From an uncultured Clostridia bacterium (GTDB lineage Bacteria; Bacillota; Clostridia; Christensenellales; UBA1242), in assembly GCA_944381205.1 (NCBI GenBank), contig CALWKG010000003.1, positions 27,573 to 91,572 on the forward strand: a stretch of 64,000 nt of DNA. The letters run 5' to 3'. The translations under genes were made by a program, and so were the position numbers. Below the pieces are notes generated by a model that was not told where the DNA came from, did no database searches, and saw only the letters and a program-made list of their open reading frames with translations. Each line of letters opens with the position of its first letter. Position 1 is the stretch's first letter. This document shows, piece after piece, positions 1 through 10,026 of this stretch.

Positions 1-2
1 TT

Positions 3-914
3 TCACAGTATGGAAACAACCAAAATTTGCTAGATGTCAGTATTGACACGTCAGATTTTACCCAAAGTGGTACAGGTGATAGGTCGTATATATTTGAGTT
101 GTGTTACGAACCTTATATCGCGTCCAGTTCAGGATTGTTTTTTGGCGTAGCAAAAAGACAGGGGGATACTAGCGGTGGGACTACAATCTTTGCAACTCAA
201 AATTTTAATCAAGAAGAAATAAATACAATTTACAACAAACTAGTAAATGTGAAAAATAACTTTGACGTGTTTTATGATGCAAAAACCGTTTACGAAGGTA
301 GTCAAGGCAACCTTTACTACAAGGAAACAATAGAAGCACTAAATAATTTAATATCTAGTTTGTATGATTTAAACGATAATTTTGCCACGTATTATTTTAA
401 CTATTACTATACCGATTTTTCTACCCAAAACACTTTATTAGACGGCAGTTTGAAGGATTTTATGTGGTATGAGTTGTGTGCGATGTCAAAGGTTTCGTTT
501 ACATATGAACTTAAAGATTTGACACTTAGCAATCCCAACGGGGAAGTGCTTACTTGGTACAACAACACAAAGACGGTAAAAGATTTTGTTCAAAGGTCTA
601 GCAAAATTTTGGATAATCTTAACAAAAATAATTTGGTAGATAGTTTATTCGACGAGCAAAAACAGACAATTTTAACAGTTTTAAAAAACATTCAGGTCGA
701 AATTCCCGGTTATGAAAGCGAGTACAGTTTGTTTGAGCAAATGGTGTCTATTGTAGACCTAAAAGAGTATTTTGATGCTACAAATCAAGATTCCTATATA
801 CAAAGTTGCCCGGCAAATCAGCAATCTGCCTATAATATTATAAATAATTTTTTGGAAGGCAGGTATATGGGTTTTATAGAAGGCATTGAAAAGATTATGC
901 AAAACCTAGTTTAA
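3..914 (+). CDS. hypothetical protein, C-terminal part (frame open to the left window edge)
   Basis: The 27..914 ORF frame has no stop back to nt 3. Position 27 is a TTG with no convincing RBS, so the gene probably starts upstream of the window. The protein is Asn/Tyr-rich and has no motif I recognise. The stop lies 12 nt before gltX. Confidence 0.45.
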   Translation, partial: SQYGNNQNLLDVSIDTSDFTQSGTGDRSYIFELCYEPYIASSSGLFFGVAKRQGDTSGGTTIFATQNFNQEEINTIYNKLVNVKNNFDVFYDAKTVYEGSQGNLYYKETIEALNNLISSLYDLNDNFATYYFNYYYTDFSTQNTLLDGSLKDFMWYELCAMSKVSFTYELKDLTLSNPNGEVLTWYNNTKTVKDFVQRSSKILDNLNKNNLVDSLFDEQKQTILTVLKNIQVEIPGYESEYSLFEQMVSIVDLKEYFDATNQDSYIQSCPANQQSAYNIINNFLEGRYMGFIEGIEKIMQNLV

Positions 915-926
915 AAGGACATTAAA

Positions 927-2603
927 ATGGATTACAAAAAGTTAGCGGATTTGTTGTTTAAAGATTATGACTTAACTTACGAGAATTGTTTAAAAACTTT
1001 TCCTGATAGAAGCTTGCCTAAGGGTGCGGAAGTCGTCCGTATAGCGCCTAGCCCTACGGGGTATTTGCACATAGGGTCTGTATATGGGGCTTTTATAGAC
1101 AAATTAATTGCCTATCACTCAGGTGGAATTTTTTATATGAGATTAGAAGACACTGACTCTAAGCGAGAAGTGGAAAACGCAGGTGATATTGCCTATGATA
1201 TGTTATCCACTTTTGGCTTAAAGCCAGACGAAGGCTATACAGGCGATGGCAAAGCCCAAAAAGGCAGTTATGGTGATTACGTCCAAAGTAGGCGAAAAAA
1301 GTATTATATTGCCTTTGCAAAACATTTAGTTAGCATAGGGCGGGCTTATCCTTGCTTTTGTAAAAGTTTGGACGGAATAGATGAGATAAAAAAAAGACGT
1401 CAGGAAGAGATAGAAAAAACTTGTGATATTGAAGAAAAGGACAAGTGCAGAAATTTAACCTTTGAGCAAATAGAAGAAAATCTAAAAAGGGGAATGAGTT
1501 TTGCCATTAGGCTAAAATCTATGGGCGACGAAAATAAAGTTTTTAAATTTTATGACGAGATTAAAGGCGAAAGGGAAATTAGGGAAAACACAAAAGATAT
1601 AGTTTTACTTAAAAGTGATTTTACTCCGCCTTATGCTTTGGCACACGTAGTGGACGATACTTTAATGCACACTACCATTGTCGTTAGGGGGGAAGAATGG
1701 TACAGTTCGCTTGCCAGTCACTTAGAGATTTTTAAGGCTTTGGGACTTAATCCGCCTAAATATGCGCACACCCCTGTGGTCTGCAAAATGGACGAAAACG
1801 GAAATAAGCGAAAACTCAGTAAACGTAAAGACCCAGAAGCCGACGCAAGATTTTTTATAGAGCAAGGTTACCCAATAGATAGTGTTATGGAGTACCTTTT
1901 AAATCTTATTAATTCTGACTATGAAGATTGGCGAAAGGTCAACCCGGATAAGTCTTATTATGACTTTCCGTTTAAGGTTTCAAAAATTGGTTCTAATAAT
2001 CCCATATTTGATTTTCAAAAACTAAATGATTTTTCAAAGCAGGTTATAAGCAGATTTACCGCCGAGCAAATTTTTAGCAGTGTCAAAGATTGGGCAGAAA
2101 CTTACGATAAGCAGTTTTTTGACAAAATAAAAGACAAAAAAGATTTTTGCGTTAAGTTGTTTAGCATAGATAGAGTAAACGTTAAGAATGTCAGGAAGGA
2201 CATTTCTAGGTGGGGGGAAGTTTATTCTCTATATGACTATATGTTTGACAACTTAAACTTAAAGACCTTGCCGGATTATGAGTTTGATAGTGGTTTAGAT
2301 AAAAATTTAACAATTAAGTTTTTACAAGAATACAAAACTTTATATAGTTCTAGTGACGAAAAGGACACGTGGTTTGACAAAATACGAAACCTTTGCCCAA
2401 AGTTTAATTTTGCAAGTAATATGAAAGATTATAAAAAATCCCCAGATAGTTTTGCCGGCAGTATTGCCGATGCAAGTAGCATTATAAGGGTTGCCATAAC
2501 TACGCGTAAAAATTCGCCAGACCTTTATTACATTATGAATTTATTAGGGCAAGACGAGATTATTAGTAGGATAGACAAAACTATTGATTTGTTAAGCAGA
2601 TAA
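927..2603 (+). CDS. gltX: glutamate--tRNA ligase (class I aaRS, GluRS type)
   Basis: HIGH-type motif 'PSPTGYLHIGS', 'RLEDTD' box typical of GluRS, and KMSKS-type 'KLSKRK'. ATG start with a purine-rich RBS-like 'aaaagga' upstream. Confidence 0.85.
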   Translation: MDYKKLADLLFKDYDLTYENCLKTFPDRSLPKGAEVVRIAPSPTGYLHIGSVYGAFIDKLIAYHSGGIFYMRLEDTDSKREVENAGDIAYDMLSTFGLKPDEGYTGDGKAQKGSYGDYVQSRRKKYYIAFAKHLVSIGRAYPCFCKSLDGIDEIKKRRQEEIEKTCDIEEKDKCRNLTFEQIEENLKRGMSFAIRLKSMGDENKVFKFYDEIKGEREIRENTKDIVLLKSDFTPPYALAHVVDDTLMHTTIVVRGEEWYSSLASHLEIFKALGLNPPKYAHTPVVCKMDENGNKRKLSKRKDPEADARFFIEQGYPIDSVMEYLLNLINSDYEDWRKVNPDKSYYDFPFKVSKIGSNNPIFDFQKLNDFSKQVISRFTAEQIFSSVKDWAETYDKQFFDKIKDKKDFCVKLFSIDRVNVKNVRKDISRWGEVYSLYDYMFDNLNLKTLPDYEFDSGLDKNLTIKFLQEYKTLYSSSDEKDTWFDKIRNLCPKFNFASNMKDYKKSPDSFAGSIADASSIIRVAITTRKNSPDLYYIMNLLGQDEIISRIDKTIDLLSR

Positions 2604-2619
2604 AAAAGGAAAAATTATT

Positions 2620-2910
2620 ATGATTATTTTAAAAAGTTTTTCAAAGTTTTTTAGTGTCTTGGGCAGTATTATGGCTTTTTTAACTATTATAATGATAGGG
2701 CTTATCTACCTTAACCAAGTAGTACCCGTTGCTTTTTTGCCAGAGGATTTTTATAATACCATTGTTAGTATAAAGGACTATGCTGTAATTATAACTTTAA
2801 CGGTGTGTGCAATGGCTTTTGCAAGCCGAAGGTCTATTATAATATTTATTCCTTTTTGCATTTTGGCGATTTGTGCACTTGCGTGTTACTCTATAATCGT
2901 TTTTGGATAG
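2620..2910 (+). CDS. small integral membrane protein (hypothetical)
   Basis: 96 aa with three hydrophobic helices. ATG is preceded by 'aaaggaaaa'. It follows gltX after 16 nt and is followed by a terminator hairpin. Confidence 0.5.
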   Translation: MIILKSFSKFFSVLGSIMAFLTIIMIGLIYLNQVVPVAFLPEDFYNTIVSIKDYAVIITLTVCAMAFASRRSIIIFIPFCILAICALACYSIIVFG

Positions 2911-3010
2911 GCAATTTGTTGTTAAAGAATTTTCTTAATTACAATATTTTAAAAATAAATCTTAAAAAATAATTTGATTAAATTTTAACTTTTTAGATTA
3001 TATAAACTTT

Positions 3011-3042
3011 TTTTAAATTTCCTTAGTTTAAATTTTAAACTA
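3011..3042 (+). terminator. rho-independent terminator candidate
   Basis: 'ccttagttt-aaatttt-aaactaggg' forms a 9-bp stem (one G-U pair) followed by 'tttttta'. It lies downstream of the gltX/small-membrane-protein pair. Confidence 0.55.
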
Positions 3043-3243
3043 GGGTTTTTTATTTGTGAAAATTTTTAGTAATTTGCATATTGTTTACATTAGGTTTTAG
3101 TAAATTGAAACACTAAAAATAAGGGGCTTTTTTGACGGAATATTTTACTTACAACGTATAATTTATCATAATTTTTAAATTGTTTTGCATAAATTTAGTA
3201 GTACAAACTATGTGGTTTGAATTTATATCTTTTAGGTGATAAA

Positions 3244-4755
3244 TTGAAAAAGAGTATAAGTTATAAAAGAATAATTTTTGCAGTAACAATTACATTATTT
3301 TTATTGCTAGGGGTGACAGTTGTTGTTTCATGCAAGGATAGTGTAGAAAAGCAAAGCAAAAACCTTACAAACTACAATATAAATTTGTCCTTTGACGATG
3401 GGACAAAACTCTTAACCGGTAGTCAGACGGTAGATTATGTTAATCCGTACGAAGTGTGCTTAAATAAGTTGGAATTTCACTTGTATCCCAATGCTTTTAG
3501 GGGTGACGCAAAAGTTCGCCCAGTAAACTCTAACAATTTTACAAAAGCATACGATAATGGATTTTCGGAAGGCAAAATTGACGTTTCGTCCGTAAAGGTT
3601 AATGACGAAGATAGGGCGGTTAACGTGTCGGGCGAAGATAATAATATGTTAGTGGTCGACTTAAATTTTGATTTGTATCCGGACGATAGGGTAAAGGTGC
3701 AAATAGATTATATAGTAACTCTGCCTAATTGTAACCACAGATTTGGCTACGGGGTAAACACGTATAATTTCGGGAATTTTTATCCAGTCGTTAGTATTTA
3801 TCAAAACGGCGGTTTTAGGCAAGATTTATATGGTGCCAATGGTGACCCTTTTTACAGCGATATGGCTAATTACTATGTAAATATCACTTACGATAGCGAT
3901 TTTACACTTGCAAGTTCGGGTGTTCAAAATTCTACAAACCAAAATACTACTAAAAACACTACGCAAATTACTGCCCTAGGGGTTAGAGATTTTGCCTTTG
4001 TTCTAAGCAAAAATTTTTCGGTAAAAAGTGCCACTGCGGGCAATACCACGGTGTACTACTATTACTATGACGACCCAAGTCCAGACCAAAGCCTTAAAGC
4101 AGGGGTAGATGCCATAAATACTTTTAATAAATTGTTTGGGGAATATCCATATTCGACATATTCAGTTGTAAAAACAAATTTTGTCCACGGCGGTATGGAA
4201 TATCCAAATCTAGTTTATATTTCAGACAGTGTAGAAGATTATAAAGATTACATAAATGTAATTATCCACGAAACTGCTCACCAGTGGTGGTACAATTTGG
4301 TGGGGTCTGACGCGTGTAATAATGCGTGGCAGGACGAAGGTTTAACTGAATTTTCCACACTTATGTTTTATAGAGAAAACCCTGATTATAATGTAGATAT
4401 GCAACAAAATATCAATGCTTCATTGTCTAGTTATATCTTGTTTAGCGAAGTGTACGAAAGTGTTTACGGAAAATTTGACTCTGTTATGAGTAAAAATGTA
4501 AACGATTTTAGCGGAGAAATGTTATATGTCTATAACACCTATGTAAAGGGAGAATTGTTTTTTGACGCATTAGAAGACCTTTTGGGCGAAAAGTTGTTTT
4601 TAAAGGGCTTAAAAAATTATTTTAACAACTGTAAGTTTAAAATTGCGTCAACCGATGATATGATTTCCAGTTTCGAAATGGTATCAAATAGGGATTTAAA
4701 GGGATTTTTTGACTCGTGGCTTAACGGCAAGGTAATATTACAAAGTTATAATTAA
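3244..4755 (+). CDS. M1-family zinc metallopeptidase (aminopeptidase N-like), membrane- or lipid-anchored
   Basis: 'HETAHQWWYNLVG' (HEXXH), downstream Glu ligand 'WQDEGLTEF', and GAMEN-like 'GGMEYPN'. N-terminal hydrophobic segment ends 'VVVSCKD'. The ORF track starts at TTG 3217; I prefer TTG 3244 because 'aggtga' sits 4 nt upstream. Confidence 0.8.
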   Translation: MKKSISYKRIIFAVTITLFLLLGVTVVVSCKDSVEKQSKNLTNYNINLSFDDGTKLLTGSQTVDYVNPYEVCLNKLEFHLYPNAFRGDAKVRPVNSNNFTKAYDNGFSEGKIDVSSVKVNDEDRAVNVSGEDNNMLVVDLNFDLYPDDRVKVQIDYIVTLPNCNHRFGYGVNTYNFGNFYPVVSIYQNGGFRQDLYGANGDPFYSDMANYYVNITYDSDFTLASSGVQNSTNQNTTKNTTQITALGVRDFAFVLSKNFSVKSATAGNTTVYYYYYDDPSPDQSLKAGVDAINTFNKLFGEYPYSTYSVVKTNFVHGGMEYPNLVYISDSVEDYKDYINVIIHETAHQWWYNLVGSDACNNAWQDEGLTEFSTLMFYRENPDYNVDMQQNINASLSSYILFSEVYESVYGKFDSVMSKNVNDFSGEMLYVYNTYVKGELFFDALEDLLGEKLFLKGLKNYFNNCKFKIASTDDMISSFEMVSNRDLKGFFDSWLNGKVILQSYN

Positions 4756-4821
4756 TACTAAAATTTTTGTAGTTTTTTAAGAAAATATGATATAATATGT
4801 GCAGTTTAAAAAGAGGAAAAA

Positions 4822-5613
4822 ATGAGAACTGTTAATTTGGCAAGTGGAAGTAAAGGCAACTGTACATATATAGAGTCGCGCGAAGCAAAAATTTTAATAG
4901 ACGAAGGTTTAAGTTATACCAGCATTAAGCAAAGGTTAAAACAAATTAATGTGGAGCCTTACGAAATTGACGCGATACTACTAACACACGAGCATACCGA
5001 CCACATTGGTGGGATTGCAAATTTTTTAAAAAGAAATAAAACTACCAAGGTCTACATTCCGCTTTTTGTAAAAACCTATGATATTCCCGGCATAAACGCA
5101 CTGCCATATAATCAAATCGAGTGGTATAAGACAAGCGACTTTTTTATAAAGGATATGACTATTTCCTCTTTTTTATTGCCACACGATAGCAAATTTTGTG
5201 TGGGGTATAGTGTGTATTTTGACAACAAAAAGGTAAGCATTGCTACCGACCTAGGCTTTGTGTCGGACAAGGTTTTATCTTATATCGCGGGCAGTAATGT
5301 TTTGTTTTTAGAAAGTAATCACGACGAAAATTTATTGTTAAAAAATCCAAAATATCCGGCAAAGACAAAAAAGAGAATTTTAAGCAACGAAGGGCATTTG
5401 TCTAATATTACCTGTGGACATACTCTTGCAAAATTAGTCAAAACGGGGGTTGTGCAAGTGGTGCTGTCGCATTTAAGTCAAGAAAACAACACCCCGATGC
5501 TTGCTTATTCCACAGTAAAAAATATCTTGGCTAGGTACGGAATAATAGAAGGCAAAAACATTTGCGTAGATGTTGCCTATCAAGATAAAGTGGGTACAAT
5601 TTTTAATTTTTAA
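4822..5613 (+). CDS. MBL-fold metallo-hydrolase (YycJ/WalJ-like size and motifs)
   Basis: 'LTHEHTDHIGG' (HxHxDH) and later His/Asp ligands ('ESNHDE', 'GHLS'). 263 aa. RBS 'agaggaaaa' before the ATG. Confidence 0.8.
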   Translation: MRTVNLASGSKGNCTYIESREAKILIDEGLSYTSIKQRLKQINVEPYEIDAILLTHEHTDHIGGIANFLKRNKTTKVYIPLFVKTYDIPGINALPYNQIEWYKTSDFFIKDMTISSFLLPHDSKFCVGYSVYFDNKKVSIATDLGFVSDKVLSYIAGSNVLFLESNHDENLLLKNPKYPAKTKKRILSNEGHLSNITCGHTLAKLVKTGVVQVVLSHLSQENNTPMLAYSTVKNILARYGIIEGKNICVDVAYQDKVGTIFNF

Positions 5614-5665
5614 AAACTTTTTCAAAAATTTGATTAACTAGGCAAGGTTGTGATATAATTTTTGT

Positions 5666-6796
5666 ATGAAGCGGACAAAGTATTATTTTAAGGATTTTAG
5701 TATAGTTTTTATTTTTGCAGTAATTGTTTTTTTGCTGGCAAGTGTTATTTTAAGTCAAATTATAAGTTTAATTGCTAATGGAGAAGGGATAAATTTTATA
5801 GACGTATATTCTAGGCCTTGGGCGATTTATCTTAATGCTTTTTTGACTGAGTTTGCATATTTTTTGATATTTATAATTTATTCAAAACTACATAAGATTG
5901 ATATTAAAAACGCAACGAGTTTAACTATTCCTAAACTTAATAAAAGGACTAATATTGCACTGCCTTTTATTGTATCTTTACTTACGTTTGTGACTTTTTT
6001 TTGTAGCCTTAATTTTATTAATATGATTACTCACTTTTTGTCACAAGGTTTGGTTGCTCCTACATCTAGTGTTCCGCTAGCAAACTTTGGGCAATTTTTA
6101 CTTAGTGTTCTGTTTTTTGCAGTAGTGCCTGCTGTGGTAGAAGAATTGCTTTTTAGGGGGCTTATTTTTAACGGGTTAAAAAATTCTTTTAATGCAAAAA
6201 TAGCGGTTATATTGTCAAGTATCATTTTTACGTTAATTCACTTTTCAATTTTTCAAACGGTATATCAATTAATTTTAGGGGTTGTGCTTAGTTTAATACT
6301 TTTGTTTACAAATAGTTTACTTTTGACTATGCTAATGCACTTTTTAAATAACTTTTTAATAGTTTTTATAAGTTATTTGTCGCAGGGTAAAAGTGTTTTT
6401 GAATTTGCAAATTTTGGAGTGCTAGAAATCGTTTTATCCATTGTTATATTTTTAGTTGGTGTTGCCATTGTGTGTTTTATTTTTTATTTTATTAAAAGAC
6501 TAGTAAAAGACGGAAAAAATAGTAAAATAAAAGAAGATGAGATAAACGGTAAGGCAAACCTAAAAAAAGATAAGACAAGTGTAGAAATAAATTTTGAAAA
6601 AGACGGGTCAAAAGAGATTATAAATAGCAAATTGAATAAACAAGGTAAAAGCAGTGTTAGTGATAACAAAATAAAAGTTGCACCAAATGACGAGTTAGAC
6701 ACGCCAAACTCTGTTACAAGGGAAAGTATTGCCCTAAGTTGTATAGGTGTTTTTATTGCGTTAGTACTATGGTGTATTAATTCTTTTGGGGGATAA
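5666..6796 (+). CDS. CPBP-family intramembrane glutamic endopeptidase (CAAX protease/Abi family) with Lys-rich C-terminal extension
   Basis: Signature motifs 'VVEELLFRG', 'FTLIHF' and 'HFLNNF' within a polytopic membrane protein. The C-terminal ~100 aa are hydrophilic and Lys-rich, followed by one more TM helix. Confidence 0.75.
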   Translation: MKRTKYYFKDFSIVFIFAVIVFLLASVILSQIISLIANGEGINFIDVYSRPWAIYLNAFLTEFAYFLIFIIYSKLHKIDIKNATSLTIPKLNKRTNIALPFIVSLLTFVTFFCSLNFINMITHFLSQGLVAPTSSVPLANFGQFLLSVLFFAVVPAVVEELLFRGLIFNGLKNSFNAKIAVILSSIIFTLIHFSIFQTVYQLILGVVLSLILLFTNSLLLTMLMHFLNNFLIVFISYLSQGKSVFEFANFGVLEIVLSIVIFLVGVAIVCFIFYFIKRLVKDGKNSKIKEDEINGKANLKKDKTSVEINFEKDGSKEIINSKLNKQGKSSVSDNKIKVAPNDELDTPNSVTRESIALSCIGVFIALVLWCINSFGG

Positions 6797-6797
6797 A

Positions 6798-7922
6798 ATG
6801 GAACAAAAAAAATTATCTATTATGTCTAGTGCGCTTATTACATACTTTGTATTAATCACTTGCTTTATTTTGGTAAGGGTGGTTTTTTTGTATGTAAGTT
6901 TACCTTTTAGTGCAGAAGTTAGCGACCTTATAACCACAATTTTTGTTCAAGGTGGGTTAATGTTTGGCTTGTCGGTTTTTATGTTTTCGGCATTGGCAAA
7001 GCAAAAGCCAAAGCAAACTTTGCAAGATTTTGGGTTTAGCAAAACCTCATTTATTACAATACTAATCAGTATTTTAATAGGCATAGTGTGTTATTTTTTA
7101 AATACCTTTATTGCATCGTTTTTTAGGAACATTATAGCATTTTTAGGATACGAAGGGATACCTACACTTGCAAGTGGAACTACGACCGACTATTCGGTCT
7201 GGGCTTTTATATTACAAATTATAAGTGTGTGCATTTTTCCGGCTATTTGTGAAGAAACGGCACATAGGGGGCTTTTGTTAAACGGGTTAAAAGGTATGGG
7301 TATTGTTAAGGCAATGCTTTTGTCGTCATTATTTTTTGGGTTAATGCACTTAAATATTAATCAATTTTTCTATGCGACAATTTTAGGTTTTATAATATCT
7401 ATATCTGTGGTTGCTAGCAAAAATATTTTGCCCGCAATTATAGTGCATTTTATGAATAATTTTTTAAACACCTATTTTAGTTTTGCAAGTCACAATAATT
7501 GGGTGCTGGGCGATTTGCCAAGTTTAATAGAAAATTTTATTTACGGTGGCAATAGTGTGTTTTCATATTTTATAACCAGTTTACTGTCACTTGCTTGTAT
7601 TATGATGTTACTTGTTTTGCTATTTACTTGGCTGTTTAAGGAAACTCGCATTAAAGGGGTTGTAAATATGTTAGCGGATATTTCAAATATTAATAGACAG
7701 TATCAAAGTGGCAATGTCATTATGACAAAAAATATGGTAGATATGTATAACCTTAATAAACTTATGGGGGATTACAACATAAAAAGTCTTAACAAAATGA
7801 TTTTTACCGATTTGGAAAGTCGCCCCCGAAAATTAGAAAAAATGGAAATACTTTTTTTAGTCGCTTGCATTGTTGTAGGCGGGTTTGTGACTTTATCGAC
7901 TTTTATTTGGGGAGTATTGTAA
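6798..7922 (+). CDS. CPBP-family intramembrane glutamic endopeptidase (second tandem copy)
   Basis: 'ICEETAHRG', 'FGLMHL' and 'HFMNNF'. I prefer ATG 6798, which has 'ggggga' 5 nt upstream, over the track's TTG 6786, which overlaps the previous gene. Confidence 0.75.
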   Translation: MEQKKLSIMSSALITYFVLITCFILVRVVFLYVSLPFSAEVSDLITTIFVQGGLMFGLSVFMFSALAKQKPKQTLQDFGFSKTSFITILISILIGIVCYFLNTFIASFFRNIIAFLGYEGIPTLASGTTTDYSVWAFILQIISVCIFPAICEETAHRGLLLNGLKGMGIVKAMLLSSLFFGLMHLNINQFFYATILGFIISISVVASKNILPAIIVHFMNNFLNTYFSFASHNNWVLGDLPSLIENFIYGGNSVFSYFITSLLSLACIMMLLVLLFTWLFKETRIKGVVNMLADISNINRQYQSGNVIMTKNMVDMYNLNKLMGDYNIKSLNKMIFTDLESRPRKLEKMEILFLVACIVVGGFVTLSTFIWGVL

Positions 7923-7923
7923 A

Positions 7924-8394
7924 TTGTACAAAATAAATATTGTGTGCGTGGGAACTCTTAAAGAGAATTTTTATAAGTTGGCAGAAGCAGAATTTTTAAA
8001 ACGGCTTAGCAGATTTTGCGAAGTGAATGTTATAGAACGTGCGGAAAATTTGTTGCCTAAAAACCCTAGTGAAAAGGATATAACCTTGTCGCTTGAAAGG
8101 GAGTATGTTGACTTACTGCCATATCTTAAAGGCAAGGTTGTGGTTATGGATTCGGGCGGAAAGGGTTATAGTAGTGTGGAGTTTAAGGAGTTATTATTTG
8201 AAACTTTTAATAACTTTGATATGCTAACTTTTGTTATAGGTAGTTCGTATGGTTTGTCTAAGAAGATAAAACAGGGTAACTCCTGCATTAGTTTTTCTAA
8301 GATGACCTTTCCGCACAATCTTATTAGAATTATGTTAGAGGAGCAAATTTACCGCGCCTTTACCATACAAAATAATATTACATATCACAAATAA
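7924..8394 (+). CDS. rlmH: 23S rRNA (pseudouridine1915-N3)-methyltransferase RlmH (SPOUT)
   Basis: 156 aa. N-terminus 'INIVCVGTLKE' and C-terminus 'MLEEQIYRAFTIQNNITYHK' match the RlmH family pattern. TTG start 2 nt after the previous stop. Confidence 0.8.
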   Translation: MYKINIVCVGTLKENFYKLAEAEFLKRLSRFCEVNVIERAENLLPKNPSEKDITLSLEREYVDLLPYLKGKVVVMDSGGKGYSSVEFKELLFETFNNFDMLTFVIGSSYGLSKKIKQGNSCISFSKMTFPHNLIRIMLEEQIYRAFTIQNNITYHK

Positions 8395-8420
8395 TTAAAT
8401 CTAAAAATATATATCACTAG

Positions 8421-9263
8421 ATGAGTGAAGATTATAAACTATTGTGTAAAGAGTTAGAAAATTTACGTGGTAATACCGAATATTTCGTGTTTGGGTATAG
8501 CGAGTTAAACGAGCCACTTTATGCTTTCGTTTTGGGAAATAAGGACAGTAAAAAGTCTATTTTAGTTCAGGGAACAATTCACGCAAGGGAGTACATTAAC
8601 AGTTTTGTTTTAATAGAAATTATAAAGCATTTAAAAACTTTAAGTTTGCCACACAAGGTTGTAATTGTTCCTTTGCTAAATCCAGATGGGGTAAGGATTT
8701 GCCTAGAAGGTTGTGAGTTTATCAAAAACGAAAGTTATAAGGATTTGGTAAAAAATATTTTAAAAACCTTTCCGCAAAAAATGTACAAGGCAAATGCAAG
8801 GGGAGTAGATTTAAACACAAACTTTGACGCAAATTGGGGTAGGGGAAAAAGTAATATAAAACTTGCCCCTGCGGGAGAAAATTTTATTGGATTTAAGCCT
8901 AATAGCGAAAGTGAAGTTTTGGCGCTTATCAATTTAACCAAAACTCTTGCCCCAAAGATTACTTTAAGTTATCATAGTAAGGGCAATGTCATATACTACG
9001 GCTACGCAGGACAGTTAGAAAATACTTTAAAAGACCAAACTAAGTTTTTAAACATTATAAAAAAATCAACTGGATACACGGGCATATATACGATGGATAG
9101 TGCTGGCGGATACAAAGATTATTGTTTGCTAAAACTAGGAATTTTGGGTTATACAATCGAAACGGGGGCAGATTATTTAACCCACCCAATAGGGCTAGAA
9201 AGTTTGGAAGAAATTTTTAAAAGCAATAAAAATTTGATTTTAGATATTTTAAAAGAGTTGTGA
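8421..9263 (+). CDS. M14-family zinc carboxypeptidase (gamma-D-glutamyl-meso-DAP peptidase-like)
   Basis: 'GTIHAREYI' (HxxE zinc ligands), 'RGVDLNTNF' (the DLNRNF-type motif), and 'SYHSKG' (third His ligand). Confidence 0.7.
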   Translation: MSEDYKLLCKELENLRGNTEYFVFGYSELNEPLYAFVLGNKDSKKSILVQGTIHAREYINSFVLIEIIKHLKTLSLPHKVVIVPLLNPDGVRICLEGCEFIKNESYKDLVKNILKTFPQKMYKANARGVDLNTNFDANWGRGKSNIKLAPAGENFIGFKPNSESEVLALINLTKTLAPKITLSYHSKGNVIYYGYAGQLENTLKDQTKFLNIIKKSTGYTGIYTMDSAGGYKDYCLLKLGILGYTIETGADYLTHPIGLESLEEIFKSNKNLILDILKEL

Positions 9264-9985
9264 TTATGGAACAAAAATTTATGAATTTGGCAATTAGCCA
9301 GGCAAAAAAGGCTTTAAAAAACGGGGACGTGCCAGTAGGGGCGATTATCGTAAAGGACGGCAAAGTTTTGTCCCGCGCCTATAATACTAAGGAGTCTAAA
9401 CAAAATGCCACGCACCACGCAGAGTTGTTGGCAATTTCAAAGGCGTGTAAAAAATTAAAAAATTTTAGGCTAAATGATGCTGATTTGTATGTAACGTTAG
9501 AGCCTTGCCTTATGTGTATGGGGGCAATCTTAGGGGCTAGGATAAAACGGCTTTACATTGGCTGTGAAGACCGCCAGTATGGCTATGCAATTAGTAACAA
9601 AATACAAGGAACATATAACTTAGAAATACAAACAGGTGTTTTGTTTGATAAGTGTAAAGATTTATTAGACCAATTTTTTTTGGATATTAGGCAAAAAAAG
9701 CAGGTAAAAAAATTGCTAGAAAAACAAGTAAACTTTATACAGGGGAAATATTTTGTAGAAGATAGAGAATTAACAAACAAAGTTATCAATCTGTCTAAAA
9801 ACTCTAACCAGCCACTTTTTGTCATTGCGATTATAGAAGAATTATCCACAAACACGGTACAAATTGTTATCAATGACAGTTTTTTAAAAGCGGATAAAAT
9901 TTTTGAAATTTTAGGGAATAATTTTAGCAAAAAAACTATTAAAATTTTTACAAAGTTGGACAAGTGTAACATATATAATGTGTAA
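9260..9985 (+). CDS. tadA: tRNA adenosine(34) deaminase TadA with ~90-aa C-terminal extension
   Basis: 'HAELLAI' and 'LEPCLMCMGAI' (CDA-fold H[A]E...PCxxC). The track start GTG 9260 overlaps the M14 stop; ATG 9266 is an alternative start. Confidence 0.8.
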   Translation: MIMEQKFMNLAISQAKKALKNGDVPVGAIIVKDGKVLSRAYNTKESKQNATHHAELLAISKACKKLKNFRLNDADLYVTLEPCLMCMGAILGARIKRLYIGCEDRQYGYAISNKIQGTYNLEIQTGVLFDKCKDLLDQFFLDIRQKKQVKKLLEKQVNFIQGKYFVEDRELTNKVINLSKNSNQPLFVIAIIEELSTNTVQIVINDSFLKADKIFEILGNNFSKKTIKIFTKLDKCNIYNV

Positions 9986-10026
9986 GTATAGTTGACAAAT
10001 TAAAAAGAAAAAACTACTATAAAACT

